Positions 16,916-27,036 of a DNA stretch of 64,000 bases are shown here, piece after piece. The first letter of the stretch is position 1, and every line of letters starts with the position of its first letter. A program made the translations under genes and the position numbers. The DNA lies in the NCBI GenBank assembly GCA_965197585.1, contig OZ240215.1, positions 1,856,001 through 1,920,000 on the forward strand, written 5' to 3'. The stretch comes from Dehalococcoidia bacterium (lineage in GTDB: Bacteria; Chloroflexota; Dehalococcoidia; Plut-88900). Under the pieces are notes generated by a model, which saw only the letters and a list, made by a program, of their open reading frames with translations, searched no databases and was not told the origin of the DNA.

Positions 16916-17290
16916 TCAGTCGAAATCTCCGTCGTCGCCCGGCTCTTCGGGCATGTCGCCCGGCTCTTCGGGCATGTCCCCCGCCTCCATCCGGTCCACT
17001 ATCTCCCCGAACTCCGGGCCCATTTCCTCGCCCATCGAATCTTCCATCTGCCGCATCATGTCTGCCATAACCTTCGGGTCCTTGTCGTCGCTGCCGCCCC
17101 AGGACGAGGGGTCCGATAGTTCTTCCAAGCGGCTTTCGTCGGATTTGAGTATCGCCACCCGAGAAATCAGCCTCGAAAGCTCTCCCGACCCGCATTCGGG
17201 GCACGCCTTGGACGGTGGGTCCACGAACCCCCGCACGAGCAAACTCACCCTACGGTTACACCCGCCGCATCGGTATTCATAAATAGGCAA
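16916..17290 (-). CDS. FmdB-family zinc-ribbon protein (paralogue; probable TTG start)
   Basis: (M)PIYEYRCGGC...CPECGS; 21-bp tandem duplication encoding DMPEEPG twice near the C-terminus. Confidence 0.85.
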   Translation of the reverse strand: MPIYEYRCGGCNRRVSLLVRGFVDPPSKACPECGSGELSRLISRVAILKSDESRLEELSDPSSWGGSDDKDPKVMADMMRQMEDSMGEEMGPEFGEIVDRMEAGDMPEEPGDMPEEPGDDGDFD

Positions 17291-17508
17291 CTTTGATTTC
17301 GTCCCGGCCCGAATTCTAGCACATCGATCCCGTCCAACCCTTATCCGACATTCCTGCGGAGACAGGCCGAAGGTGCGCCTCAGGCATGAATCCAGAGGTG
17401 CAGGGCTGGGTCCAGTCCCCTCCTTCTTGATGTGTCGCAAATGCGCACCCGTTCCCCATGCCATCTCGAAAGCCCCCAAGTCATCCCGAGGCCCCGCGAG
17501 GGATCTAG

Positions 17509-18703
17509 GGAACCTCTGAACAACTCACTGTAAACCAGCTTAAGTTGTCTTGCATGGAGTTTTGAGGAGAGGTTGGGTCGTAATGTTGCGTCCCGGAGGC
17601 TTATTTGCATCCTATGTTCTGGCCTGTCAGGGCATCCAGTCACCATCAACCTGGATTTGGGCACACTGCTTCCCCGTCACACCGCTAAGTGGCGCTCGGC
17701 CCTTACCAAGTTGGCCAGCCCCAGCAGCATCGCCACCCGTTGCGTGTTCTTGTACAGGCCCCTGTAGCGGACCTTGGCGTAGCCGAAGTGCCGTTTCACG
17801 TACAGGAACGGATGCTCCACCTTAGCCCTGATGGATGATTTGCTCTTCTCCGCCAAGGCTTCGCAGCTCCCCGCCCTCAGTTTCCGACGCTGTCCGGGTC
17901 TCATCGCCACCCGCCACTCCACATCCATATCCCGATTCTCCGCCCGCTTCTCCACTCCCTGATATCCCGCATCTCCCCACACTCGCCTCTCCCCTCCATG
18001 CAGCAGCCGGTGCGCCTCCGTCACGTCATGCACGTTCGCAGCTGTCGTACTCATACTGTGCACTACCCCCGTGTCAGCGTCTGCACCAATGTGCACTTTC
18101 ATCCCGAAGTGCCACTCCTTCCCCTTCTTCACCTGGTGCATATCGGGGTCTCGCTCTCCAGTACGGTTCTTCGTAGACGCCGGCGCCTCGATGATGCTCG
18201 CATCCACAATCGTACCCTCCCTGAGCCTCAGTCCCCGAGACTCCAGATGACGGTTGATCTCCTCGAACAGCCCCCGACCCAACTCCTGCTCTTCCAGCAG
18301 ATGGCGGAAGTTCAGTATCGTAGTCTCGTCAGGCAAGGGGCCGGACAGCCTCAGACCTGTGAACCGCCTCACCGACTCCACCTCGTAGAGCATGTCCTCC
18401 ATGCCCGGATCGCTCAGGTTGTAGAACAACTGCACGCAGTGTATCCGCAGCATCACGGATAACTCGTAGGGCCTCCGTCCACGGCCCGCCCTGGAATAGT
18501 AGGGCCGGATTCGCTCCTCCAACTTTCCCCATGGAACCAGGTCCTCCATCCGCTCCAGAAATATCTCCCGGCGGGTCTTTCGCTTCTTGCCCTCGTATTC
18601 CAAGTCTGCAAATGTGGGCTGCTCCATCAAATCTCTCCCCAGCTTTGGCGTTAGTCCCCTTATCTTACTATTACCTATGCCCCTATACTTGTTCAGAGGT
18701 TTC
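17509..18703 (-). mobile_element. Complete IS5-family (IS5 subgroup) insertion sequence
   Basis: 15-bp IRs ggaacctctgaacaa / ttgttcagaggtttc (14/15 match); CTAG duplication at 17505-17508 and 18704-18707. Confidence 0.92.
17677..18627 (-). CDS. IS5-family transposase
   Basis: MEQPTFAD...KTRREIFL, PDETTILNFRHLLE, VDASII, WGDAGYQG and RAKVEHPF motifs. Confidence 0.95.
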   Translation of the reverse strand: MEQPTFADLEYEGKKRKTRREIFLERMEDLVPWGKLEERIRPYYSRAGRGRRPYELSVMLRIHCVQLFYNLSDPGMEDMLYEVESVRRFTGLRLSGPLPDETTILNFRHLLEEQELGRGLFEEINRHLESRGLRLREGTIVDASIIEAPASTKNRTGERDPDMHQVKKGKEWHFGMKVHIGADADTGVVHSMSTTAANVHDVTEAHRLLHGGERRVWGDAGYQGVEKRAENRDMDVEWRVAMRPGQRRKLRAGSCEALAEKSKSSIRAKVEHPFLYVKRHFGYAKVRYRGLYKNTQRVAMLLGLANLVRAERHLAV

Positions 18704-18829
18704 CTAGGACTTGCCCCCTCACCTTCCTCCTTAAAGCATCCCTCCACCGGACTGACCCGCTCATCCTGAGCCAGCTGAAAGTCCGCCTCAGGAGGATCGA
18801 AGGGTCGAGCGGATACGCACGCATATCCC

Positions 18830-19201
18830 TTACCCCACCCCCCACCCCACAGCATTCCGTATCAACTGCACCCGAGGCCGAGCCCCCCCTGCCTCAATCC
18901 CAACCACGTCGATACGCCACTCCCTCCCCTCGTAACCCTTCTCCTGAACATACTCTTGCGCCGACTGCACCAGCTTCTTCTGCTTCGCCACCGTCACCGA
19001 CTCCTCAGGCCTCCCAAATGCCCTAGTCCTTCGGCTCTTCACCTCCACAAACACCAGGCAATCTCCGTCCCACGCCACTATATCGACCTCCCCATACTTC
19101 CCCCGATACTTCGCCTCGATTATCGAGTACCCCTTCTGCTCAAGGAATCGGCGGGCGTATTCCTCACCCCAGTCCCCAAATCTCGTCCGTTCGTGAGGCA
19201 T
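18830..19201 (-). CDS. yraN: YraN-family (UPF0102) nuclease-like protein
   Basis: GEVDIVA...LVFVEVKSR, RIDVVGI. Confidence 0.9.
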   Translation of the reverse strand: MPHERTRFGDWGEEYARRFLEQKGYSIIEAKYRGKYGEVDIVAWDGDCLVFVEVKSRRTRAFGRPEESVTVAKQKKLVQSAQEYVQEKGYEGREWRIDVVGIEAGGARPRVQLIRNAVGWGVG

Positions 19202-19212
19202 ATTCCCCGACC

Positions 19213-19863
19213 CTAGACCAACGTCCCGAGCCCGTTCACCCGAGCCACGGGAGCAAAGCTAACCCGATGAATGATGCACGAACCCTGCCGGTACAGCGCC
19301 TCAATGTGCTCCCTGGTCCCGTACCCTTTGTTCCGTGAAAACCCGTAACCCGGATACCTCCGGTCCGCCTCTACCATCATCCTGTCCCGAGCCACCTTTG
19401 CCACTATCGACGCCGCAGCTATGGACAACGACACCCGGTCTCCCTTAATCGGACACTGCTGAGGTAGATCGATTCCCGGAAGAGACAGCGCATCGATGAG
19501 CAAAGCTTGTGGTCTAGGCTGAAGCTTCCCTATCGCACGGCTCATCGCACGGCGCGTCGCCCCCACTATCCCCACTACATCAACCTCCCGCACCGAGGCC
19601 CGCCCTATCCCCACTGCTAACGCCACCTCGTGTATCCGCAAATCCATCCGCTCTCTAGCCGATGCCGTCAGCTCCTTCGAGTCCCGAATGCCGACTAGAC
19701 TGGATTCAGCGATATCCGGCGGGAAAATCACCGCCCCTGCCACCACCGGCCCCGCAATTGGCCCCCGCCCCACCTCGTCCACCCCGGCAACGTAGGTGAT
19801 ACCTTGCCCCCAGAGCGCGTTCTCCAACTCAAATCCAGGAGGCCGACTCTTAACTGGAGTCAT
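19213..19863 (-). CDS. rnhB: Ribonuclease HII
   Basis: AGVDEVGRGPIAGPVV, DSKEL, SIAAASIVAKVARD and NKGYGT motifs. Confidence 0.96.
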   Translation of the reverse strand: MTPVKSRPPGFELENALWGQGITYVAGVDEVGRGPIAGPVVAGAVIFPPDIAESSLVGIRDSKELTASARERMDLRIHEVALAVGIGRASVREVDVVGIVGATRRAMSRAIGKLQPRPQALLIDALSLPGIDLPQQCPIKGDRVSLSIAAASIVAKVARDRMMVEADRRYPGYGFSRNKGYGTREHIEALYRQGSCIIHRVSFAPVARVNGLGTLV

Positions 19864-19937
19864 TCGGTTGGCCTGCCTGCGTAGTTACGGGCATTGGCCA
19901 TATTCCACCTTCGTCGAAGCTGCGATCGCAGTAAGAA

Positions 19938-21071
19938 TCAGGGTTTGGCAGGCACGGGCACTCGAGTCCCGTCACTGGCTAATTCATCAGAGGAGGCGCT
20001 CAGTGGGCCATCTATCACCCCACCCCCCACCACCTCATCCCAGCAATAAAACACCGCCGCCTGGCCCGGAGTCACGGCCCTCTGAGGCGCGTCAAACAGC
20101 ACGCTGACCGTGTCGCCGTCCGGGAATAAGGTCGCACCTACTTCCGGTGCCCGATGCCTTATTCTGACACTGATACTCGTAGGCTCGACTGGAGCAACCC
20201 CCGACACATAGCTCACCTTGGAAGCCGTCAACCCCTCCGACCAAAGATCGGCGTCTTCACCAACCACAACCTCGTTCCGCTCCGCATCCAGAGAGACCAC
20301 GTACCTCCGACCCAGGGATCCCACCCCCAACCCCTTCCTCTGCCCCACCGTGAACTCCTCAATCCCCCCGTGCGTGCCTATGCGATTCCCCTCCAAGTCC
20401 ACTACGTCACCCTGTCTCGGTTCGATGCTCTTACGCAGAAAGCCGCGGTAATCGCCGTCCGGGATAAAGCAGATGTCCTGGCTGTCCGGCTTATCGGCAA
20501 CCGGCAGGTCCAACGACCGGGCAATCTCCCGAATGCGGGGCTTGGGATACTCTCCGACAGGGAACATGAGCCTCGAAAGCTCCTCCTGTCCTAGGCCATA
20601 CAGTACGTAGCTCTGGTCCTTCCCCGGGTCCCGAGCCTTCAGCAACTTGTACCCGTCACCCGACTGCTCGATGCGCGCATAGTGCCCCGTCGCCAGCTTG
20701 TCCGCGCCCAGGGCCCGGGCTCGCTCCATTAGGAACCGGAACTTCACCTGCTCGTTGCATGCGATGCACGGGTTGGGCGTCCGGCCCTGCCGGTACTCGC
20801 CAAGGAAATATTCGATGACCTTGGCCCTGAACTCCTTCTCGAAGTTCTGGACGTAGTGAGGTATGCCAAGTATGCGACACACCCGCCGGGCGTCGGTCGT
20901 GTCCTCGGCCGTGCAGCACCGTTTGTTCTGCCGGCTGTCCGCTCCCGGCTGAGGTGCAGAAAGCCGCATGGTAACGCCTATGACGTCATATCCCGCATCC
21001 TTCAGAAGGTATGCCGACACCGCGGAGTCGACTCCCCCGCTCATGGCCGCAACTACTACACCGTTCTTCAT
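19938..21071 (-). CDS. mnmA: tRNA 2-thiouridylase
   Basis: [35 protein letters not shown] and TPGQAAV motifs. Confidence 0.96.
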   Translation of the reverse strand: MKNGVVVAAMSGGVDSAVSAYLLKDAGYDVIGVTMRLSAPQPGADSRQNKRCCTAEDTTDARRVCRILGIPHYVQNFEKEFRAKVIEYFLGEYRQGRTPNPCIACNEQVKFRFLMERARALGADKLATGHYARIEQSGDGYKLLKARDPGKDQSYVLYGLGQEELSRLMFPVGEYPKPRIREIARSLDLPVADKPDSQDICFIPDGDYRGFLRKSIEPRQGDVVDLEGNRIGTHGGIEEFTVGQRKGLGVGSLGRRYVVSLDAERNEVVVGEDADLWSEGLTASKVSYVSGVAPVEPTSISVRIRHRAPEVGATLFPDGDTVSVLFDAPQRAVTPGQAAVFYCWDEVVGGGVIDGPLSASSDELASDGTRVPVPAKP

Positions 21072-21174
21072 CTCTTTATATCGTCTCACCCGTCAAGTTA
21101 CATTCGAGGATATCACGCCCTCTCGAATAGCGGCAATCGCTCCCCTGGATCCATCGTTGACCCGAGCCTGTCCG

Positions 21175-21558
21175 ATGCTACAATTGGGTATCACAAACCC
21201 GCAGGAGGCAGGCCTGGAGCCCCTCGAACAGGCGCGCAAGATCACCGAGATCGCATCGGAGAGGCAGGGATCCGACATCCTGCTTCTGGACGTCAGCGAG
21301 GTCTGCGGTTTCGCCGACTACTTTGTGATAATGAGCTCCCTCACCCCCCGTCACACCGTGGCCCTGCGCGAAGAGATAGAGTCCGGCCTGAAAGGCATAA
21401 GCGACGACCTTATTCACAGAGAGGGCTCAGCAAGCTCCGGATGGGTCCTGCTCGACTACGGAAGCGTGGTCGTACACATCTTCTCCGCCGCCGAGCGTGA
21501 CTACTATCGGCTGGAAAGCCTCTGGGAACACGGCAACACCATCGTCCGTATCCAGTAG
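21175..21558 (+). CDS. rsfS: Ribosome silencing factor
   Basis: FADYFVI, WVLLDYGSVVVHIF and RDYYRLESLW motifs; true start may be the CTG near 21214. Confidence 0.92.
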   Translation: MLQLGITNPQEAGLEPLEQARKITEIASERQGSDILLLDVSEVCGFADYFVIMSSLTPRHTVALREEIESGLKGISDDLIHREGSASSGWVLLDYGSVVVHIFSAAERDYYRLESLWEHGNTIVRIQ

Positions 21559-21565
21559 CTCCCCA

Positions 21566-22015
21566 CTACTCCAATATCCACGGCTCCACGTTCCGCTTGT
21601 AGCTGATTAGCTCCCCCTCCCCGAAGAACAATTCCAATTCCGTCACCGCGTTCTCCGGAGAGTCCGACCCATGCACCAGGTTCCGGCCAATGTCCATCCC
21701 AAAGTCCCCGCGAATCGTACCCGGAGCCGCTTTCTTGGGGTCGGTTACTCCCATCATTGCCCGCACCACTTCTACCGCTTTCGGGCCTTCCAGCGCTATG
21801 GCCACAATCGGGCTGGACGTTATGAAGTTCACCAGCCCCTCAAAAAACGGCTTGCCTTCGTGGATACCATAGTGCCGACCCGCCAAGGCCCGGTCCATGT
21901 GAATCATCTTCATCCCAACTATTTTGAGTCCTTTCGCCTCAAACCGCGCTATCACCTGCCCCGATAGGCCCCTCTGAACGGCGTCGGGCTTTAACAAAAC
22001 TAGCGTTCTTTCCAT
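21566..22015 (-). CDS. ndk: Nucleoside-diphosphate kinase
   Basis: MERTLVLLKPDAVQR, PGTIRGDF and NLVHGSDS motifs. Confidence 0.97.
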   Translation of the reverse strand: MERTLVLLKPDAVQRGLSGQVIARFEAKGLKIVGMKMIHMDRALAGRHYGIHEGKPFFEGLVNFITSSPIVAIALEGPKAVEVVRAMMGVTDPKKAAPGTIRGDFGMDIGRNLVHGSDSPENAVTELELFFGEGELISYKRNVEPWILE

Positions 22016-22115
22016 GCTTATCTATTCCCTGCATCGCCGTCAGACGACGCAGTCCTCCTTATTCAATGTTCACCTTCGAAAGATGTAATGCGGAGCTATC
22101 TTAGCAGAACCGACC

Positions 22116-22805
22116 TCACCCTCCCGGCGGCCGAGTCGACTTCGATATCGATGGTCGGCGCAGATAAAACGGCTGTAGTGTTACCGGGTCGTCCACTTCG
22201 CCCTTGGCTATCTTTCCAATGCCAATATCCCCCATACACACCGCCCTCGACGCCCGACTTACCGCCCGCGGTATCAGCGCCAGTCCCCCTAGCCGATCCC
22301 TCAACTCCGACTCCATCTCCTGCGTGATCGCGCCACAGAAAATGGTCGGCTCGCTGACCAGTTCGGCCAGAGCCTCTACGGTCGTCACCCGGTCCTCGGC
22401 CGTCTTCTCCATTTCCGACTCATACATCCGATAAGACGCCGCAGCCACCTCCCCCCGCCCCACCGGCAGCAGCGAGCATACCGGCGCGCCAAGCCCAACA
22501 AACGGAAAAGCCGACGCATCCAGCGTGTCAACAGCCACCAGCGGCGAACCCGTCGAAACAGCGAACCCCTTGGCCGTCGTCATCCCCACCCTCAACCCCG
22601 AGAATCCCCCCGGCCCCAGGCTCACAACAAATCCCTTCAGGTCGTGCAGCCCTATATCGGCCTTTCCAAGGAGATGCAGGATAGCTGGTACTAGCTCCGC
22701 AGAATGGTTCTGCCTAGTGCGCCAGTGAAACTGTCCAGCCACCTCAGCCTCGTCCATCAGGGCCACCCCCAAGTCTTTCGTAGCCGTATCAATGACCAAA
22801 TACAT
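22116..22805 (-). CDS. tsaB: t6A biosynthesis protein TsaB
   Basis: IDTAT, HSAEL, GPGGFSGLRVG and PFYLR motifs. Confidence 0.93.
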   Translation of the reverse strand: MYLVIDTATKDLGVALMDEAEVAGQFHWRTRQNHSAELVPAILHLLGKADIGLHDLKGFVVSLGPGGFSGLRVGMTTAKGFAVSTGSPLVAVDTLDASAFPFVGLGAPVCSLLPVGRGEVAAASYRMYESEMEKTAEDRVTTVEALAELVSEPTIFCGAITQEMESELRDRLGGLALIPRAVSRASRAVCMGDIGIGKIAKGEVDDPVTLQPFYLRRPSISKSTRPPGG

Positions 22806-23261
22806 CTAGCCCTCCCCCAACCCCTCGATCAACCTCGAGTGCCGTTCACCCCCCGCCCGAAGCTCGACCACCCGCTCCTCGGCACCCGTGACTGTGATCT
22901 CGACCCGAAGGTGCTCCGCAGGAAAAATCGACTCTCCCTTCTCCGCCCACTCGACCACGCACACGCCGCCATTCCCATAGGTCTCATCCAGCCCCAGGTC
23001 CTCGATCTCCAACGGATCGTCGATTCGATAGAGGTCCGCGTGGAAAAGAGTGTGTCGACCCTCATATTCGGAGACTAGTACAAAAGTGGGGCTCCGAGCA
23101 TATTCGTTGACTCCCAGCCCCCAGGCTATCCCCTGGGTCATGCACGTTTTACCCGCCCCCAGGTCCCCGACCATCAGCACCAGCTCTCCGCCTTCCATCA
23201 GTTCCCCGATACAGCAACCCAGGGCCTGAGTTTCCTCCGGCCCCCGTGTCACGAGCTTCAT
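22806..23261 (-). CDS. tsaE: t6A biosynthesis ATPase TsaE
   Basis: GDLGAGKT, SPTF, HADLYR and VEWAE motifs. Confidence 0.95.
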   Translation of the reverse strand: MKLVTRGPEETQALGCCIGELMEGGELVLMVGDLGAGKTCMTQGIAWGLGVNEYARSPTFVLVSEYEGRHTLFHADLYRIDDPLEIEDLGLDETYGNGGVCVVEWAEKGESIFPAEHLRVEITVTGAEERVVELRAGGERHSRLIEGLGEG

Positions 23262-23275
23262 TCGACTTGAGTACG

Positions 23276-24277
23276 TCAAGGCTTCGAAAAATGCTCCCAT
23301 CCGGATTTAGGGGCTTCAACTGGCAGGCCATCGTCACCCAAGAGCGTAACCACCCCTGCCTCTCCCTCCACCATCTCCCCGATAACCGTCAACGGGAGCG
23401 CAATCTCCTCCGCAGCCCGCTCCAACGCCTCCCGAGACCCCACCACCAATAGTTCATAGTCTTCTCCCGCTGTAAGCGCGAGGGTCACCGCCTCCGGCCC
23501 GAATACCTCCCTCACATCCCCCGACACCGGCAGCGTGCCTATCGATACTCGCGCCTCAACCCCGCTCATCGCACACATCTTCGGCAGGTCGGACATCAGC
23601 CCGTCGCTCAGGTCCATCGCCGCCCGTACGCCTGCTCTGAGCAGGGCCTGCCCTTCGGAAACCCTGGGATTAGGCCGATTGTGCGCCGCCTCCAACCGCC
23701 CTCGAACGTCCCCCGAGACATTGGCATCTCCATTCAGGACTCGGAACCCCGCCCCGGAGCTTCCCAGCCATCCCGTCACGGCTATCAGGTCCCCAGCCCT
23801 GGCCCCATCCCGCCGCAGGAACTCTCCCGAGCCCATTGCCTCCCCAATCAGGGTCACGTTTATCATCATGCACGGTGCCCCCACCGTATCTCCCCCTATC
23901 ACCCGGCACCCGAACTCCTCCCCTATCTCCTTCATCCCTCGGTACATTTCCACAACCGACTCCCCTTCCGTGTCCGGGCTCAGCCCCAGCGACACCAAGG
24001 CATATCTCGGCACTCCCCCCATGGCTGCAATGTCACTCAGGTTAATCGCCAACGCCTTCCAGCCCAGGTCCCGATACGACGTCGTCCCGGTGCGGAAATG
24101 TACGTCCTCTACCATCGTGTCCGTAGTCGCCAACTCGACATCCGAGCTCGGCTTCCAGGCCGCCGTATCATCACCGATGTCCAGCAGCACCCCGCCGCTA
24201 TCCCGCGGGGTCCCGACCTCAAGCACGTCGGCAATCATCTCCACCAAACCGAACTCCCCCATCTCCGATACCTTCAT
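23276..24277 (-). CDS. thiL: Thiamine-monophosphate kinase
   Basis: GEFGL, IGDDTA, NLSDIAAMGG, MDLSDGL and GEDYEL motifs. Confidence 0.95.
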   Translation of the reverse strand: MKVSEMGEFGLVEMIADVLEVGTPRDSGGVLLDIGDDTAAWKPSSDVELATTDTMVEDVHFRTGTTSYRDLGWKALAINLSDIAAMGGVPRYALVSLGLSPDTEGESVVEMYRGMKEIGEEFGCRVIGGDTVGAPCMMINVTLIGEAMGSGEFLRRDGARAGDLIAVTGWLGSSGAGFRVLNGDANVSGDVRGRLEAAHNRPNPRVSEGQALLRAGVRAAMDLSDGLMSDLPKMCAMSGVEARVSIGTLPVSGDVREVFGPEAVTLALTAGEDYELLVVGSREALERAAEEIALPLTVIGEMVEGEAGVVTLLGDDGLPVEAPKSGWEHFSKP

Positions 24278-24394
24278 ACCCGAAATTATACCCGCAACCC
24301 CACGACCCCACGAAGAGACCATGCCTGTAAAGTGACACCAGTTCCTTGACTCATTGGGGCGCAGAACGACAAAATAAGGAGGGGAGCGTATCAG

Positions 24395-25741
24395 ATGAAC
24401 CAGATTGCACTTAAAGACTTTCGCTGCTTCGGTGATCAGCAAACAGCGCGCCTTGCACCCCTTACCCTCCTCGTTGGAGAAAACAGCACGGGCAAGACCT
24501 CCTTACTAGCAATGATTCGCGCACTTCTGGATGTTGTTGTTGATAATCGGGTTCCAGATTTCAAAGAAGAACCCTACGACCTTGGAAGCTTTGAAGAAGT
24601 AGTTAACCACCGCGGCAGTAGGGTGAACGGGGATTCAGCATTTGAGGCAGGATTTCAAGCAACTGTCTCACGCAAGCGAACGACAAAGCCTACCACGACC
24701 TTTAAGTTCAATGTCATATTCGAGCGATTGGGTACTATCCCATTTCCAGTAATAAGAACAGTCAGTAGTAGTGATAACTGGTTCGAAATTCGTCAGGATA
24801 GCGAAAGGCGTGACACAGTCCGTTTCGGAACTCGGCGAGGGGTGTGGGAGTGGCATTTCCCTGGCTCAAGGGAACGAAGGTTTGAACGGGAAGCCTTATT
24901 ATCAGCTTCCTTAGCCTTTGTCAGAATTCGCAATACAATGGAAATCGACGACGGCACCATCAGTGTAAGGAGGCAATCCCAATCTCCACCAATAACTGCC
25001 CAAGATATATCTCAAATCCAAGGCTTAGCGTTTGCTAGTCGCCGGATTATGGGTAGGGTGTTCGCCAGCGCACCCGTGCGTTCCAAGCCAAGAAGAACTT
25101 ACGACCCTTCCCGTCCGATTCGTGACCCAGAGGGTGACTACGTTCCAATGTACCTGGCTAATATATATTCCCAAAACAAAGAGATGTGGATGGCGATAAA
25201 GAGTAAACTGGAAGCATTCGGGAAAGCCTCTGGTTTGTTCGATGAAATATCAATTAAGCGATTGGGCAAGAAGGGCAGTGAGCCGTTTCAGTTGCAAGTC
25301 AGGAAATTCTACAAGGGACGCAAGGGGCCACAACGTAATTTGATCGACGTAGGATATGGCGTCAGTCAAGTGCTCCCGGTAATAACTGAGATGCTTAGGC
25401 AGGACGCCCCCGATGTATTCTTACTACAGCAGCCGGAAGTGCACCTCCACCCCAAGGCACAAGCCGCCTTGGGCAGCCTTTTTTGCGAAGTCGCATCCCA
25501 AGGCCGCGAATTGATAGTCGAGACCCATAGCGATTACATCCTTGATCGTGTTCGTATGGACATCAGAGATGGAAAGACCAGCTTGAAGCCTGAAGATGTT
25601 TCCATTCTCTTCTTTGAGCGCCAAGATCTCGGTGTTGAAATTCACTCAATCAGGCTGGACGACGAAGGCAATGTCCTAGACGCCCCTCCCGGCTACGGCA
25701 ACTTCTTCATCAACGAGACTACCCGGTCATTGGGACTGTAA
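24395..25741 (+). CDS. AAA_21/AAA_15-like ABC ATPase (DUF3696-like C-terminus)
   Basis: LKDFRCF, GENSTGKT, DVGYGVSQVLPV, QQPEVHLHP and ETHS motifs; lower GC than flanks. Confidence 0.85.
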   Translation: MNQIALKDFRCFGDQQTARLAPLTLLVGENSTGKTSLLAMIRALLDVVVDNRVPDFKEEPYDLGSFEEVVNHRGSRVNGDSAFEAGFQATVSRKRTTKPTTTFKFNVIFERLGTIPFPVIRTVSSSDNWFEIRQDSERRDTVRFGTRRGVWEWHFPGSRERRFEREALLSASLAFVRIRNTMEIDDGTISVRRQSQSPPITAQDISQIQGLAFASRRIMGRVFASAPVRSKPRRTYDPSRPIRDPEGDYVPMYLANIYSQNKEMWMAIKSKLEAFGKASGLFDEISIKRLGKKGSEPFQLQVRKFYKGRKGPQRNLIDVGYGVSQVLPVITEMLRQDAPDVFLLQQPEVHLHPKAQAALGSLFCEVASQGRELIVETHSDYILDRVRMDIRDGKTSLKPEDVSILFFERQDLGVEIHSIRLDDEGNVLDAPPGYGNFFINETTRSLGL

Positions 25742-25743
25742 AG

Positions 25744-26220
25744 GTGTGCGCCATTGTTGACGCTAATGTGGCCCATGAAGTGTTTGGTGCAAACCAGACT
25801 CCTGCAGGCAAGAAGTTTTACGATTGGATCAACGAAGGGCAAGGGCGTCTGGTAATTGGAGGCAAGCTCACAAAGGAACTTAACAAGGCCTCCATGAAAT
25901 TTGCTCAATGGGCAAAGCGGGCCATTTTGTTCGGTAGAATCCACAGTGCAGATAATCTTAAGGTCGATTTAACGACAAGGGAACTAGCCGCCAAAGGTGA
26001 ATGTGTGTCCAACGACATTCACATCGTGTCTCTTGCCCAAGTAAGTGGTGCCCGACTCTTATTCTCCAACGACGAAAAACTTCGTACAGACTTCCAGAAC
26101 AAGAATCTAATTGACAAACCGAGGGCTCGAATCTTCTCAACTCGCACCGGCGGAGACTTTACTAACTCACACAAGAGTTTGTTGGCAAGAAAAGATCTAT
26201 GTCGCGCTCACTCATCCTAG
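25744..26220 (+). CDS. PIN-like domain protein
   Basis: IVDANV...SNDIHIVSLA...LLFSNDEKL acidic motifs; starts 2 nt after the ATPase stop. Confidence 0.7.
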   Translation: MCAIVDANVAHEVFGANQTPAGKKFYDWINEGQGRLVIGGKLTKELNKASMKFAQWAKRAILFGRIHSADNLKVDLTTRELAAKGECVSNDIHIVSLAQVSGARLLFSNDEKLRTDFQNKNLIDKPRARIFSTRTGGDFTNSHKSLLARKDLCRAHSS

Positions 26221-26939
26221 CCGACATACACGCCAACCTGGAGGCATTCCAGGCCGTCTTAACCGACGCCAAGTCCCGAGGCCCCATCGACCAACTCTGG
26301 TGCCTCGGCGACATCGTCGGCTATGGCCCCAACCCCGGTGAAGTCATCGACCTCCTCCGGGAGCACGACCACATCTCCATCGCCGGCAACCACGATTGGG
26401 CTGCCATCGGCAAGATCGACACCTCAGACTTCAACCCCTATGCCCGCTCCGCAGCCCTGTGGACCCAGACCCAGCTGACCCAGGAGCACATGGATTATCT
26501 CGGCCGGTTGCCCCAGACCCTTGTAGCGGGAATTTTCACCCTCGCCCACGGCACCCCTCGGGACCCGATATGGGAGTACCTTGTCACTGAAACCGCCGCC
26601 CTCGCCAGCCTCGAACACCTGCAGACCAACCATTGCCTCGTCGGCCACTCCCATATCCCGTTCTTCTGCCGCGTCGACCCGTCCGCCATGCGCAGCGAGT
26701 TCCAGGAATTTCCCGTCGGTGTACCAGTCGAACTGGGCGAAGGACCCCTCTTCATCAATCCCGGCGGCGTAGGCCAGCCCCGAGACCGGGACCCCACCTC
26801 CAACTACGCCATCTATGACAGCGATCAGGGCGCCATCTGCCACTATCGCGTCCCCTACGATATCCCGGCCACACAGGAAAAGATGCGCAAAGCCCACCTC
26901 CCTGAACCCCTCATCACCCGCCTAAGCCGCGGCCTCTAG
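26199..26939 (+). CDS. Calcineurin-like metallophosphoesterase
   Basis: DIHAN, GDIVGYG, GNHD, GHSH and NPGGVGQPRD motifs. Confidence 0.92.
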   Translation: MSRSLILADIHANLEAFQAVLTDAKSRGPIDQLWCLGDIVGYGPNPGEVIDLLREHDHISIAGNHDWAAIGKIDTSDFNPYARSAALWTQTQLTQEHMDYLGRLPQTLVAGIFTLAHGTPRDPIWEYLVTETAALASLEHLQTNHCLVGHSHIPFFCRVDPSAMRSEFQEFPVGVPVELGEGPLFINPGGVGQPRDRDPTSNYAIYDSDQGAICHYRVPYDIPATQEKMRKAHLPEPLITRLSRGL

Positions 26940-27036
26940 TGCCCTGTCGCACTCGCATGATGTGACACGACAATCTTGAAGGCCCCCCCGCCGATTGCTA
27001 TAATCGCCCAATCTTCGAAGAGACCTCGCTGGGAAG

